From Campylobacteraceae bacterium (lineage in GTDB: Bacteria; Campylobacterota; Campylobacteria; Campylobacterales; JALSKU01): a DNA stretch of 64,000 bases. The position numbers and the translations under genes were made by a program. Below are positions 8,665-18,478 of the stretch, piece after piece (positions within the stretch are counted from its first letter, which is position 1; every line of letters begins with the position of its first letter). The stretch lies in the NCBI GenBank assembly GCA_026993075.1, contig JALWUQ010000034.1, positions 275 to 64,274 of the forward strand. Reading direction: 5' to 3'. The notes below the pieces were generated by a model. That model ran no database searches, was not told where the DNA came from, and saw only the letters and a list, made by a program, of their open reading frames with translations.

Positions 8665-9684
8665 ATGATAGCAATAACAGGAGGAGGCACAGGCGGGCAT
8701 TTATCTATAGTTAAAAGCTTAAAAGAAGAATTAAACAAAAGAGGGATAAAGCCTGTATTTATAGGCTCGCAAAATGGACAGGATAAAAGTTGGTTTGAAA
8801 ATGATACAGGATTTGAAGAAAAATACTTTTTTAATACAACAGGTGTGGTGAATAAAAACAAAATAGGTAAAATTTTTTCTTTATTTAAGATTTTTTTATA
8901 TTCTTTAAAATGCTTCTTTATATTTAAGAAGCATCACATAAAAAAAATTATTTCCGTAGGAGGATATTCAGCTGCTGCGGCTTCTTTTGGAGCTGTTTTA
9001 TTTAAAAAAGAGTTATATATACATGAGCAAAATGCAAAAAAAGGAGCATTAAATATAAAACTGTCTCATTATGCAATAGCTACATTTAGCTCTTATCTAT
9101 CTGATTCGCCGGTTAAGGATTATCCTGTAAATAATAGATTTTTCGAACTTGCAAGAGAAAGAAGCTCTCTTGGGACTATTATATTTTTAGGCGGGAGTCA
9201 AGGTGCGTCTTTTATAAACTCTTTGGCAATGCAAATCGCCCCAAAACTTTTACAAAAAAATATTTCTATCATACATCAGTGTGGAAAAACTCAATATAAA
9301 CAAATAAAAGAATACTACAAAAAAAATAATTTACAAGTTGATTTATATGATTTTACAAATGACATACCAAGTCTTCTTAATAAAGCTGACATATCTATAA
9401 GCAGAAGTGGCGCTAGTACGCTTTGGGAGCTTTGTGCTTCCAGGCTTCCTTCTATCTTTATACCGTTTCCTTATGCAGCATCTGATCACCAATACTTTAA
9501 TGCAAAATTCTTAGAAGAAAAAAAACTTGCATTTATTCTTAGAGAAAGTGAGGCAACTTCGCAAAAAGTCTTAAATATTATTAATAAAATAGACATAAAA
9601 AAGATTAACTCCTTATTGCCTCACACAATCCATCCAAACGGAAGTCAAAAAATTATTGACTTTATATTAACTCATCATTCTTAG
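8665..9684 (+). CDS. murG: UDP-N-acetylglucosamine--lipid I transferase MurG
   Basis: 339 aa. ITGGGTGGHL N-terminal motif, followed by the C-terminal glycosyltransferase family 28 domain. Confidence 0.9.
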   Translation: MIAITGGGTGGHLSIVKSLKEELNKRGIKPVFIGSQNGQDKSWFENDTGFEEKYFFNTTGVVNKNKIGKIFSLFKIFLYSLKCFFIFKKHHIKKIISVGGYSAAAASFGAVLFKKELYIHEQNAKKGALNIKLSHYAIATFSSYLSDSPVKDYPVNNRFFELARERSSLGTIIFLGGSQGASFINSLAMQIAPKLLQKNISIIHQCGKTQYKQIKEYYKKNNLQVDLYDFTNDIPSLLNKADISISRSGASTLWELCASRLPSIFIPFPYAASDHQYFNAKFLEEKKLAFILRESEATSQKVLNIINKIDIKKINSLLPHTIHPNGSQKIIDFILTHHS

Positions 9685-11152
9685 GGTTTAATAAAAAAGT
9701 AATATTTTTTGCCAATCCCTTTTTGTCAATTTTATTATCTTTATTCATATAAATATTCTCTTCTAACTTAGTTACAATATTTTTTATTTCCTTACTTTTA
9801 TCTACCAATGGAAGTAAAATTTTCAATAATTCTTTATCATCTTTTGCATGTTTAATTTTATATGAGAGAGGATGCTCAGACTGCTCTTTCTTGAAATTGA
9901 AGATTTTTGGAAAAATCATTATAACTATACCAACAAACAATCCAATAATAAAATATATCCATTTCTCAAAAGGATTTTTGTTTTTGTAAACAATTTTCTC
10001 CTTAGCAATACTTTTATTCACACCACTTTGCACTATATTGTGAGAAACAAGAGAAGGAGTTCCTGTTACATTTATTTTTATACTTTTTGTTTGAATAGTC
10101 TTTACACTATTGGTTAATTTATCAAAGAATGAAAATTTAATAGAAGGGATAACATAACTTTTATTGGCTATGATTGCAAATTTTTGTGTAAATTTTCCTT
10201 TATACTCTCCTTTTTGAAGAAACGAATTTCTAATTGGTTTATCTTTATAGATTGTTGCTCCTGGAATTTTTAAATCAAAACTGTCTATATTATCAATATT
10301 TCCGCTACCTGATATACTAAGAGTAAGATTTACAGGTTCATTCGCTTTTGTATTTGTTTTATCCACTCTATCTGAAATATGAAAATCACCATATTCACTT
10401 ATTCCATTTGGCAACGGCTTCACTTTTAAACTCAACTCATTTGAATAAATATTTTTCCATCTAAGTCTTTGCAACATAAATGCAAAAGGATCTCTTGTCT
10501 CAACTATTTTGGCAATGGAAACTTTTACTGCCGGTATTTTTATGATACCTGATTGTTGAGGTATCAGTATATAGCTGAGATTGTGTATAACATAATCTCC
10601 AACAATTTCTTTTTTATCTTTTCCATCTGTTTGAACCCAAAAATTTGGAAAACTTGGACTCTTAAATTCAATACTTTTAACCTGCGCACTTCTTTTTTGT
10701 TTAAATATGATTTTTAGCACAACAGGTTCACCAACATAGGCACTACTTTTGTTTGTAATCATTCTTAGCGTAAAATCAGCATTTTTTCCATTGATTGGAC
10801 TTTTTACAACTTTTATTTTTATGGGATTTGTATATTCCGCCTTTGTTCCAACTATTATCTTATATGATGGTATTGTTATACTGTCTAATGGAGTAAAAGT
10901 ATAACTATTTGTTACAGTTTTACTTGTTTGTCCATTAATTATACTGATACTTTGAGATGTTTCGGTCGAACTTATATTAAAGCCACCTATTGAGTTAATC
11001 GTTGGAAATTTAATATTTTCCCCATTAGCTGTGAGACTTAGTGTTACTTCATTACCCCTTACAACCTCACTTTGGCTAAGTGTTGCTTTAACATTTGCAA
11101 AAAGTGCCGTTACTGTTATAGTTATAATTATTATTATTTTTTTAAAATTCAT
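9662..11152 (-). CDS. batD: BatD-like oxygen-tolerance protein
   Basis: 496 aa. Signal peptide, long beta-rich ectodomain, one C-proximal TM segment. Last gene of the Bat operon. Confidence 0.7.
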   Translation of the reverse strand: MNFKKIIIIITITVTALFANVKATLSQSEVVRGNEVTLSLTANGENIKFPTINSIGGFNISSTETSQSISIINGQTSKTVTNSYTFTPLDSITIPSYKIIVGTKAEYTNPIKIKVVKSPINGKNADFTLRMITNKSSAYVGEPVVLKIIFKQKRSAQVKSIEFKSPSFPNFWVQTDGKDKKEIVGDYVIHNLSYILIPQQSGIIKIPAVKVSIAKIVETRDPFAFMLQRLRWKNIYSNELSLKVKPLPNGISEYGDFHISDRVDKTNTKANEPVNLTLSISGSGNIDNIDSFDLKIPGATIYKDKPIRNSFLQKGEYKGKFTQKFAIIANKSYVIPSIKFSFFDKLTNSVKTIQTKSIKINVTGTPSLVSHNIVQSGVNKSIAKEKIVYKNKNPFEKWIYFIIGLFVGIVIMIFPKIFNFKKEQSEHPLSYKIKHAKDDKELLKILLPLVDKSKEIKNIVTKLEENIYMNKDNKIDKKGLAKNITFLLNPKNDELI

Positions 11153-11161
11153 ATATCCTCC

Positions 11162-12955
11162 CTACCAATCTTTTCCATTATATTTTAAATTATTTACTTT
11201 TGTATTTATTTCAAGCGGTAATGTTTTTGCTCTTTTGTTAAACATTATTCTTGTCCATTTTTTCTCTTCAGCATCACTCATAATCTTTTTGTTTATACCT
11301 TGTGATTTTGCATTTTTCATCTTATTTTGTTTAGCTTTACTTTTCTTTTGGCTTTTTTTTGTAGATTTTTTTCTATTTTCTTTCTTTTTTGCCGAATTAT
11401 TTTGTTTTTGTTTTTTATTATTTTCTCTTTTTTTATTTTTAGATCCGCTATTAGACTTATTATTCTTTGAATTTTTACTATTCTTTTTTGAATTTTTACC
11501 ATTAGATTTCTTGCCATTACCATTTTTATTTTTTTTCTTATTTTTCTTATTTTTATTCCTGTTTTTTTTCTTTTTCAATAACTTTTCAATTAATTCTAAA
11601 TTATGTTTTGCATCTTTATCATTCTTTAGCTTTAAAGCTTTTTTATATGAATCAATGGCTTCTTGGTATTTTTTTAAATAAGCATAAGAGTTTCCCTCAT
11701 TAAAATACTTGTCAAATTCCAAGTTTTCAGTTTTATTTTTCACACCTTTATATTGCTTCAATGCTTCTTTGTATTTTTTCTGCTTATAAAGAGAATTAGC
11801 AAGATTATATTTTAACTGTGCACTATTTGGGTTATTTTCCAATAAGTTTTTGTATAATTTTGCAGCATTTGCATAAGATCCGCCATCATAGTACTCTTTA
11901 GCCTGTTTAATATGCTGAAAGTCTAAAATACCAGCTTTAAGCACCGTAGTAGGAATAAATAAAATTATTAAAAATACCAATGCTCCTTTAGCTATTTTTC
12001 TTTTCGGCATAGAGCTAAATCCAAATAACATAAACATTATTGCTGCCCATAAAGGATAATAAAATAATTCTTTATAAGTTTTTATAATTTTATTTCTTTG
12101 TTTGGTCTGTTTTACTCTGTTTTTTATACTCTCCTGCAATTTCTTAATGCTTGTTCCGCTATAATCACCTACTATATATGCCCCGCCACTTTGAATAGCC
12201 AATTTTTTAATCGCACTATTTAATCTGACTATCACGATATTGCCATTTTTATCTTTTAATACATCAGAACCAATTCTAATAGTACTTCCTTTTTCCGTTC
12301 CAATAGCATAAACATAGACCCTGATATTATGTTTTTTTGCATATTTTATCTCTTTTGTAAAATTATTTCCGTCTCCTCCGTCAGTAAACAAGACTAATAT
12401 TTTCTCTTTTTCATTTTTCAAAAATCTATTTGCCAGATAAAGCGGAGCCATAAGGTCAGTGCCGTCTTGATTTAATGAATTTGTACTTAAATTATTGACT
12501 AAATATTCGACCGTATTGGTATCATCACTAAGAGGAGATACTAAAAATCCTACTCTACTAAAAGCAATCACGCCAAATCTGGCTTTTTTATAATCATTCA
12601 TTAAGTCTATAACTCTTTTTTTGGCAAAATCCAATCTATTTGGATATATATCATTTGCAAGCATAGATTTTGATATATCGATACCTACGAGTACATCAAT
12701 TGTACTGCTTTTTACATTTATTTCTCCCTTTGGAATAACAGGTCTTGCAAATGCAACAACCATTAGAATTAATGCTAAAGATAAAAATATATTTCTTCCT
12801 TTTTGACCGATACTGCCATCTTTAATTTTAAGTTTTTCCATTATATCTTTAGAATACAATCTATCAACTTGGCTTTTATTTGTAAAAATTAAAAATAACA
12901 AAAAAAGTAAAGGCAAAAGCATAAAATATAAATATTCAGGGTGTAAAAATATCAT
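11162..12955 (-). CDS. BatB/BatC-like fusion: membrane vWA domain + TPR repeats + K/N-rich tail
   Basis: 597 aa. vWA MIDAS (VGIDISKSM), TM segments, TPR-like repeats (aa ~350-455), then a ~95-aa Lys/Asn/Ser low-complexity tract. Confidence 0.75.
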   Translation of the reverse strand: MIFLHPEYLYFMLLPLLFLLFLIFTNKSQVDRLYSKDIMEKLKIKDGSIGQKGRNIFLSLALILMVVAFARPVIPKGEINVKSSTIDVLVGIDISKSMLANDIYPNRLDFAKKRVIDLMNDYKKARFGVIAFSRVGFLVSPLSDDTNTVEYLVNNLSTNSLNQDGTDLMAPLYLANRFLKNEKEKILVLFTDGGDGNNFTKEIKYAKKHNIRVYVYAIGTEKGSTIRIGSDVLKDKNGNIVIVRLNSAIKKLAIQSGGAYIVGDYSGTSIKKLQESIKNRVKQTKQRNKIIKTYKELFYYPLWAAIMFMLFGFSSMPKRKIAKGALVFLIILFIPTTVLKAGILDFQHIKQAKEYYDGGSYANAAKLYKNLLENNPNSAQLKYNLANSLYKQKKYKEALKQYKGVKNKTENLEFDKYFNEGNSYAYLKKYQEAIDSYKKALKLKNDKDAKHNLELIEKLLKKKKNRNKNKKNKKKNKNGNGKKSNGKNSKKNSKNSKNNKSNSGSKNKKRENNKKQKQNNSAKKKENRKKSTKKSQKKSKAKQNKMKNAKSQGINKKIMSDAEEKKWTRIMFNKRAKTLPLEINTKVNNLKYNGKDW

Positions 12956-13857
12956 GCTGTACCCCTTTTATTGATAAGATAAAGATACAAAAGAAGTGAT
13001 ATAACTGCTAAAAAAAGTGGATATGGGTATAGGTAACTTTTTTGTATATATTTATCACTTTTAAGCTCACTTTTTTCCAGTTTGTCTATATTGCTATAAA
13101 TTTTTTGAAGTTCTTCTTTTGAATTTGCGGCGAAGAATTTACCTCCTGTATCTTTTGCTATTTTCACAAGCTCATTTTTATTAAAATCACCATTTGCTCC
13201 TATACCAATAGTATAGACTTTGATACCATATTTTTTTAGTAACCGCATACTGACACTAAAAGGTACTGTTTGAGCATTATTCTCTCCATCAGTTAAGAGT
13301 ATGATTATCTTGCTTTTTGCTTTACTTGATTTAAAAAGCTTTCCACCAAAAAATAGTGCATCATATATGCTAGTATAGCTATTGCCTGCCATTCCCACTT
13401 TTAGATTATTGAGTATTTTAAGTAACATACTTTTATCATAAGTCAAAGGAGAAGCTATATATGCAAAATCTGCAAATACTACTATTCCCATTTGATCATG
13501 CTCTCTTTTTTTAATAAATTTTCTAACTATCTTTTTTACAATTGCAAATTTATTTACATATCCAGGAGCATTCATTGATCTGCTTATATCAAGCAGTAAC
13601 CCTATTGCATATCCTTTATTTCTTTGTATTTCTATCTTGTTTTCTATAACAGGAGACATAAGTGCTACTATCAAAGATACTATAGAAAGCCATTTAAAAA
13701 ATAATAAAATCATGGACTGTTTTTGTGCTGATTTTTGTAAAAGTGCCATATGAGGAAATATAATAGCTTCAAATCTGGCTTTACAAAAGTATGCACAAAA
13801 TAAAAATACAAATACAATCAAAAAAGCATAAGGGTGTTCAAAAATAATACTACCCAT
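12952..13857 (-). CDS. batA: BatA-like membrane vWA-domain protein
   Basis: 301 aa. N-terminal TM segments, vWA MIDAS (LLLDISRSM), C-terminal TM segment. Confidence 0.75.
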   Translation of the reverse strand: MGSIIFEHPYAFLIVFVFLFCAYFCKARFEAIIFPHMALLQKSAQKQSMILLFFKWLSIVSLIVALMSPVIENKIEIQRNKGYAIGLLLDISRSMNAPGYVNKFAIVKKIVRKFIKKREHDQMGIVVFADFAYIASPLTYDKSMLLKILNNLKVGMAGNSYTSIYDALFFGGKLFKSSKAKSKIIILLTDGENNAQTVPFSVSMRLLKKYGIKVYTIGIGANGDFNKNELVKIAKDTGGKFFAANSKEELQKIYSNIDKLEKSELKSDKYIQKSYLYPYPLFLAVISLLLYLYLINKRGTA

Positions 13858-14239
13858 GACATACCTCTAAAAATAAATTCAAATATTTTTTACTTTCATT
13901 GTTTAATTTAGGAGGATTTTTTACATATTTATATCTGTCTAATTCTTTTAAAAGTTGATTTAATATATCTTTACTTTCTTTTGTATCTGCAATTTTTCTT
14001 GCATATTTTGTTATGTCATAAGCCGCTTTTTTTGAATCTTTAAAATCAATATTTTTTAATCTTTGTATATATATTTTTCTATTTGATTTTTTCCTATTTT
14101 TTAGTATATTTATAATATATATAAAAAGTGCAAATAATAAAATAATACTGACAATAATAATTGTTAAAAATACATAAAAGCTCACATCAGGAACATGAAC
14201 AATACTTCTAATATCTCTTAAACCCTTTAATTCTTGCAA
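13850..14239 (-). CDS. small single-pass membrane protein (DUF4381-like)
   Basis: 129 aa with one TM segment. It occupies the usual position between DUF58 and batA in MoxR/Bat operons. Confidence 0.55.
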   Translation of the reverse strand: MQELKGLRDIRSIVHVPDVSFYVFLTIIIVSIILLFALFIYIINILKNRKKSNRKIYIQRLKNIDFKDSKKAAYDITKYARKIADTKESKDILNQLLKELDRYKYVKNPPKLNNESKKYLNLFLEVCHG

Positions 14240-14241
14240 TT

Positions 14242-15099
14242 TTAAACTCCTGCAAACAGTTTTGATATTTTTACAAAAGGATCATCATCACAATAAATCT
14301 TTGTAAACCTGATTCTATTTTGTAGAAAATGCTTATAAAGTTTATAGTCATTTTCCATAATTAATTTTTTATATTTTTTAATACTGCTATTATTCAAATC
14401 CATTTGAGATATATTTTTATTTTCAGGATCAATTAAATTCAAAAATCCAAATACCGGCGGATCTTCTTCCAACCTGTCTCTTATGATAAATGAAACGACT
14501 TCATGCTTTTTTGAAAGCAAACTAAGGTCTATATCTCCGACAAAATCACCAACTAAAAAAATAATAGATTTTCTTTTTACTCTTTTTCTTATATATGAAA
14601 CCAGAGCCTTATAATCGATACTTTTTCCGATAGGATTAAACTCAAGTATTTTTTCTACTCCACTGTAAACACCAAAAATCTTCTTTGTAGGTTTTTGAAA
14701 GCTTTCCTCTTTTTGTGTAAATATCAATGAGCTGAAATTATCAGAATTTTTGACAGAAGAAAAAGATAAAAGTGCGAAAACTTCAGCTATTACATCTTGT
14801 TTTAAAACCTTAGAACCAAAGTAAACACTTCCTCCCAAAAGAGAAATTATCACAATATTTAACTCTTTTTCTTCTTTAAATATTTTTATATACGGTTTTT
14901 GCTGCTTAGCTGTAACTTTCCAGTCTATTTTCCTAACATCATCACCAAAGTGGTACTCTCTTAGTTCAACAAAATCAAATCCTTCTCCCTCAAAATTTGA
15001 AATATTGTTACCGGAAATTTCACTAAAAATTTTTCTTTTTGTTTTGATGACAATCTTTTTCAGCTTATGTTTATTTACATCTTTCATATTGATTCTCAC
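14242..15099 (-). CDS. DUF58 family protein
   Basis: 285 aa. FDFVELREYHFGDDVRKIDWKVTAK is the DUF58 signature. It follows moxR. Confidence 0.8.
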   Translation of the reverse strand: MRINMKDVNKHKLKKIVIKTKRKIFSEISGNNISNFEGEGFDFVELREYHFGDDVRKIDWKVTAKQQKPYIKIFKEEKELNIVIISLLGGSVYFGSKVLKQDVIAEVFALLSFSSVKNSDNFSSLIFTQKEESFQKPTKKIFGVYSGVEKILEFNPIGKSIDYKALVSYIRKRVKRKSIIFLVGDFVGDIDLSLLSKKHEVVSFIIRDRLEEDPPVFGFLNLIDPENKNISQMDLNNSSIKKYKKLIMENDYKLYKHFLQNRIRFTKIYCDDDPFVKISKLFAGV

Positions 15100-16047
15100 C
15101 TAAGGCATCGGAATTTTTTGTATCACTTTATCAATAATTTGATCACTGTTGATACCTTCTGCTTCTGCTTCATAAGATAGTATGATTCTATGTCTCATAA
15201 TTTCTTTTGCAATATGAGCAATATCTACAGGAGTTACAAAATCTCTCCCTCTAAGATATGCAAAAGCACGAGACCCTTTGTAAAGATTGATAGATGCTCT
15301 AGGACTAACTCCAAAACTTATATATTCTTTTATATCTTCAAGGCCGTAAAGTTCAGGTTCTCTTGTAGCAAAAGTAAGATTTGCAATATACTCTTCAACC
15401 TCTTTATCAATATGTATTTTAAGTATATCTTCTTTTATTTTATCTATATTTTCTTTTGTAGCTACTTGATTTATTTTTTCATACGACCCATTTGCTACTC
15501 TTCTTGCGATTTCTACTTCTTCTTCTTTTGTATTGTACCCAACTACAATTTTGAGCATAAATCTATCAAGTTGAGCTTCTGGAAGGTTGTAAGCTCCCTC
15601 TTGTTCTACAGGATTCTGTGTAGCTAAAGTTAAAAATGGTCTATCTACAGCAAAAGTTTGATCTCCTATGGTTACTTGTTTTTCTTGCATAACTTCCAAA
15701 AGAGCTGATTGAACTTTAGCAGGAGCCCTGTTTATCTCATCTGCAAGTAAAATATTGGTAAAAACAGGACCTTGTTTTATTTTGAATTCATTATTTTTTG
15801 GATCATATATCTCAGTTCCTATAATATCACTAGGTAATAAATCCGGAGTAAATTGAACTCTTTTGAAATGCAATCCCAGAGATTTTGCAAAGGAGTTGAC
15901 AGTAGTAGTCTTAGCAAGACCAGGAACACCTTCTAAAAGTATATGCCCATCACACAGCAAGCCTATTATCAAAGCTTCAATCATCTCATCTTGCCCGATA
16001 ACAACTTTTTTAATCTCTTTTTTTATACTTTCTATTATTTCAAGCAT
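15100..16047 (-). CDS. moxR: MoxR-family AAA+ ATPase
   Basis: Walker A GVPGLAKT, Walker B LLADEINR. I prefer the second ATG (16047), which is preceded by GGAGAAG; the ORF-track start at 16059 has no RBS. Confidence 0.85.
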   Translation of the reverse strand: MLEIIESIKKEIKKVVIGQDEMIEALIIGLLCDGHILLEGVPGLAKTTTVNSFAKSLGLHFKRVQFTPDLLPSDIIGTEIYDPKNNEFKIKQGPVFTNILLADEINRAPAKVQSALLEVMQEKQVTIGDQTFAVDRPFLTLATQNPVEQEGAYNLPEAQLDRFMLKIVVGYNTKEEEVEIARRVANGSYEKINQVATKENIDKIKEDILKIHIDKEVEEYIANLTFATREPELYGLEDIKEYISFGVSPRASINLYKGSRAFAYLRGRDFVTPVDIAHIAKEIMRHRIILSYEAEAEGINSDQIIDKVIQKIPMP

Positions 16048-16118
16048 CTCTTCTCCCATTAATCATTTAATTTCGAAAGTATAAGATAAAAGTTTAAATG
16101 TATGGTAAATGAAATAAG

Positions 16119-16241
16119 TTACTGACCTTACGCACATTTTTCTTGAAAAGCTTTACTTTTCGTAGCTTTAGGGGATCGTAGGGACTTTGAGTTTCTGCCA
16201 CTATAATGAGCTTTGCCCATTATAGTGGCCAAGGTCAGTAA
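16119..16241. repeat. nested inverted-repeat element (ACTGACCTTACGCA family), short form
   Basis: The outer arms TTACTGACCTT (16119-16129) and AAGGTCAGTAA (16231-16241) are complementary. There is an inner perfect 12-bp hairpin, GCCACTATAATG / CATTATAGTGGC (16197-16229). The 14-nt end is shared with 49187-49200. Confidence 0.6.
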
Positions 16242-16242
16242 G

Positions 16243-17235
16243 TTATTTTAGTGCAAATCTAACCAGAGCACTGCCCCATGTAAGACCGCCTCCAAAAGTA
16301 TCAAGCAACATCAAGTCACCGTACTTTAAATTATTGTTTTCATAAGCATCATTGATAGCCATCGGTATTGAAGCTGCTGAAGTATTACCGTATTTTGCCA
16401 CCGTGAGTACCGTTTTATTTTTAGGAAAATCAAGCTTATTTCTTACATATTCAATAATTCTGTAATTTGCTTGATGCGGTATAAATCTATCTACATCGCT
16501 TGAAGTCAAATTATTTCTTCTTAATATTTCTATAACATCTTCAGTCAATGTTTTTACTGCAATTTTAAAAGTTTCGTTTCCAGCCATTCTCATAAAATGC
16601 ATCTCTTTTTTCAATGTTTCATTGGAAGCCGGATATTTTGATCCTCCGCCTGGAGTTATCAACAAATCAGAATATTTTCCATCAGAAGAAGCCATAACAT
16701 CAAGTATTGCTTCATTTTTATCTTCTGTTTTTCCAATAACAGCTGCTCCTGCACCATCACCAAATATAACACAAGTACCTCTATCTTTATAATTAGTAAT
16801 TGCACTTAATTTTTCTGCCCCTATAACTAATATATTTTTTTTAAGTCCTGATTCTATAAATGATTTTGCTATTGACAAAGAGTATACAAATCCGCTACAA
16901 GCAGCACTTATATCAAATGCCATTATATTTTTTATACCTAATTTATCAGCTACCAAACAGGCAGTAGAAGGCATACACAAATAATCAGGGCTGATAGTTG
17001 CCAAAATTACAGCATCAATATCATTTTTATCTATATTTGCTCTTTTTATTGCTATTTTTGCCGCTTCATACGCCAAATCACTGGTTGCTTGATCATGATT
17101 TGCGATATGTCTTACTTCTATACCTGTCCTTTTCTTAATCCATTCATCACTGGTATCAACAATTTTTTCAAGATCAAAATTTGTCAATTTTTTCTCAGGT
17201 ACATAAGAGCCTATGGATTTAAAAGAAGCGAACAT
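16243..17235 (-). CDS. fabH: 3-oxoacyl-ACP synthase III
   Basis: 330 aa. Active-site context ISAACSGFVYSL, plus the HQAN and GNTSAAS motifs. Confidence 0.9.
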   Translation of the reverse strand: MFASFKSIGSYVPEKKLTNFDLEKIVDTSDEWIKKRTGIEVRHIANHDQATSDLAYEAAKIAIKRANIDKNDIDAVILATISPDYLCMPSTACLVADKLGIKNIMAFDISAACSGFVYSLSIAKSFIESGLKKNILVIGAEKLSAITNYKDRGTCVIFGDGAGAAVIGKTEDKNEAILDVMASSDGKYSDLLITPGGGSKYPASNETLKKEMHFMRMAGNETFKIAVKTLTEDVIEILRRNNLTSSDVDRFIPHQANYRIIEYVRNKLDFPKNKTVLTVAKYGNTSAASIPMAINDAYENNNLKYGDLMLLDTFGGGLTWGSALVRFALK

Positions 17236-17244
17236 GTATTTTCC

Positions 17245-18243
17245 TTATGATTTTATACTGTTAAGCTCATTTAATTTTTTTTCAATATCACGGTTTATAT
17301 TTGAATTGGAAAAATTAATAGCTTGAAATATTGCATTTTTTATAGCTTTTGAATTACTTTTGCCATGACTTATAATAGCGCATCCGTCTATACCTATGAG
17401 AGGAGCTCCTCCGTATTCAGCATAGTCAACCTGTTTTTTCAAAACTCTAAAAACTTTTCTCATTAAGATTGCTCCTGTTATTGCAAGTGGAGATTTTCTT
17501 ACATTTTTCTTTATAATCTTTGTGATAGACTCAGCAACGCCTTCACTTGTTTTTAAAAGTATATTACCTACAAAACCATCACATATTACAACATCAACGC
17601 TACCATCAAAGATATTATTGCCTTCTATATTTCCAACAAAAGATGGTAATGCTTCTAACAACTTATATGCCTCTTTAGTCATTTCATTACCCTTGGAAGA
17701 CTCTTCTCCGTTTGCAAGCAAGCCAATCTTCGGATTTTCTATGCTAAGAACATCTTTAGAATATGCTTCCCCCATAATACCAAATTCGAAAAGATGATTT
17801 GCTTTTGAATCCACATTCGCACCAACATCAAGAACCAATGAAGACCCACCATTTATAGTTGGCATCATCGTAGCTATGGCAGGTCGACTTATGCCTTTTA
17901 TCCTTCCGATTCGAAGTGTTGCCAAGCTCATAGTAGCCCCGCTATGTCCGGCAGATACAACAGCATCAGCTTCTTTATTTTTTACCAATTCAACAGCTTT
18001 ATAGATAGAGCTTTCTTTTCTCTTTAAAGCATCAGTAGCTAAATCTTTCATACTAATTACATCATTTGCTTCGACTATACTTATATGACTTCTGTATCTT
18101 GCAGGAATAAAAGGAGCAATAAGCTCTTCCTTCCCAATCAATATAGCTTTAAAATCTCTTATTTTTAAAGCCTGAATAGTTCCTTTAACAATAGGAGCAG
18201 ATCCGATGTCTCCACCCATAGCATCTATTGCAATAGTTTGCAT
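17245..18243 (-). CDS. plsX: phosphate acyltransferase PlsX
   Basis: 332 aa. [10 protein letters not shown]-terminus, between rpmF and fabH. Confidence 0.9.
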   Translation of the reverse strand: MQTIAIDAMGGDIGSAPIVKGTIQALKIRDFKAILIGKEELIAPFIPARYRSHISIVEANDVISMKDLATDALKRKESSIYKAVELVKNKEADAVVSAGHSGATMSLATLRIGRIKGISRPAIATMMPTINGGSSLVLDVGANVDSKANHLFEFGIMGEAYSKDVLSIENPKIGLLANGEESSKGNEMTKEAYKLLEALPSFVGNIEGNNIFDGSVDVVICDGFVGNILLKTSEGVAESITKIIKKNVRKSPLAITGAILMRKVFRVLKKQVDYAEYGGAPLIGIDGCAIISHGKSNSKAIKNAIFQAINFSNSNINRDIEKKLNELNSIKS

Positions 18244-18398
18244 TATTTAGTTTTATATTCGCCGGTAGTCTTATTTATGTGATGAGGCATTCTCCAAGTA
18301 CCGTCACTATCTTTAACCGGTCTTGGTAGTGTTAATTTATAGTGTGTTCTTCTTTTTGCGGCTCTTGTTTTGCTGACCCTTCTCTTTGGTACTGCCAT
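18243..18398 (-). CDS. rpmF: 50S ribosomal protein L32
   Basis: Hand translation gives [51 protein letters not shown], 51 aa, absent from the ORF track. AAGGAG RBS. Its stop codon overlaps the plsX ATG. Confidence 0.9.
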   Translation of the reverse strand: MAVPKRRVSKTRAAKRRTHYKLTLPRPVKDSDGTWRMPHHINKTTGEYKTK

Positions 18399-18429
18399 CT
18401 TATCTCCTTCAATTCATTTTCTATGTTTT

Positions 18430-18438
18430 ATTATATCA
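18430..18438 (-). promoter_or_regulatory. extended -10 box (TGATATAAT) upstream of rpmF-plsX-fabH
   Basis: The minus strand reads TTTTGATATAAT, 31 nt upstream of the rpmF ATG. Confidence 0.45.
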
Positions 18439-18478
18439 AAATTTTAACAAAATAGGGATAATCCCAACTCTATAATTT

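Noticed and set aside
9662-9684. Convergent CDS overlaps: murG/batD 23 nt, metF-like/cheW 18 nt (36368-36385), tcdA/membrane ORF 33 nt (44993-45025).
   Set aside because: These are consistent with general genome compaction and AT-rich stop-codon drift. No shared structure or motif was seen at the three sites. The tcdA case is mentioned under its own finding only.
11031-11681. 216-aa Phe/Leu-rich ORF on the + strand.
   Set aside because: It is the antisense mirror of the A-rich Lys/Asn tract of the BatB/C gene (AAA/AAT codons read as TTT/ATT). It has no RBS and its composition is an artefact.
12449-12460. A 12-mer, CATAAGGTCAGT, inside the BatB/C gene matches the repeat-family terminus (reverse complement ACTGACCTTATG).
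   Set aside because: It encodes the conserved vWA segment ..DGTDLMAPL.. and has no flanking similarity to the repeats. It is most likely coincidence.
15190-15627. 145-aa antisense ORF inside moxR. Similar shadow ORFs include 5727-6077, 18998-19363, 21500-21880, 48661-49035 and 51656-52078.
   Set aside because: All lie fully inside well-supported genes on the opposite strand. They have low-complexity hydrophobic translations typical of AT-rich shadow frames and lack RBS/start context.
18399-18478. Absence of a yceD/DUF177 gene upstream of rpmF (only 80 nt between ndk and rpmF). Also a small GGGA-TTA-TCCC hairpin plus T-run after ndk.
   Set aside because: The gap holds just a weak ndk terminator and the rpmF -10 box. 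Absence of an accessory gene from one locus is not informative without the whole genome.
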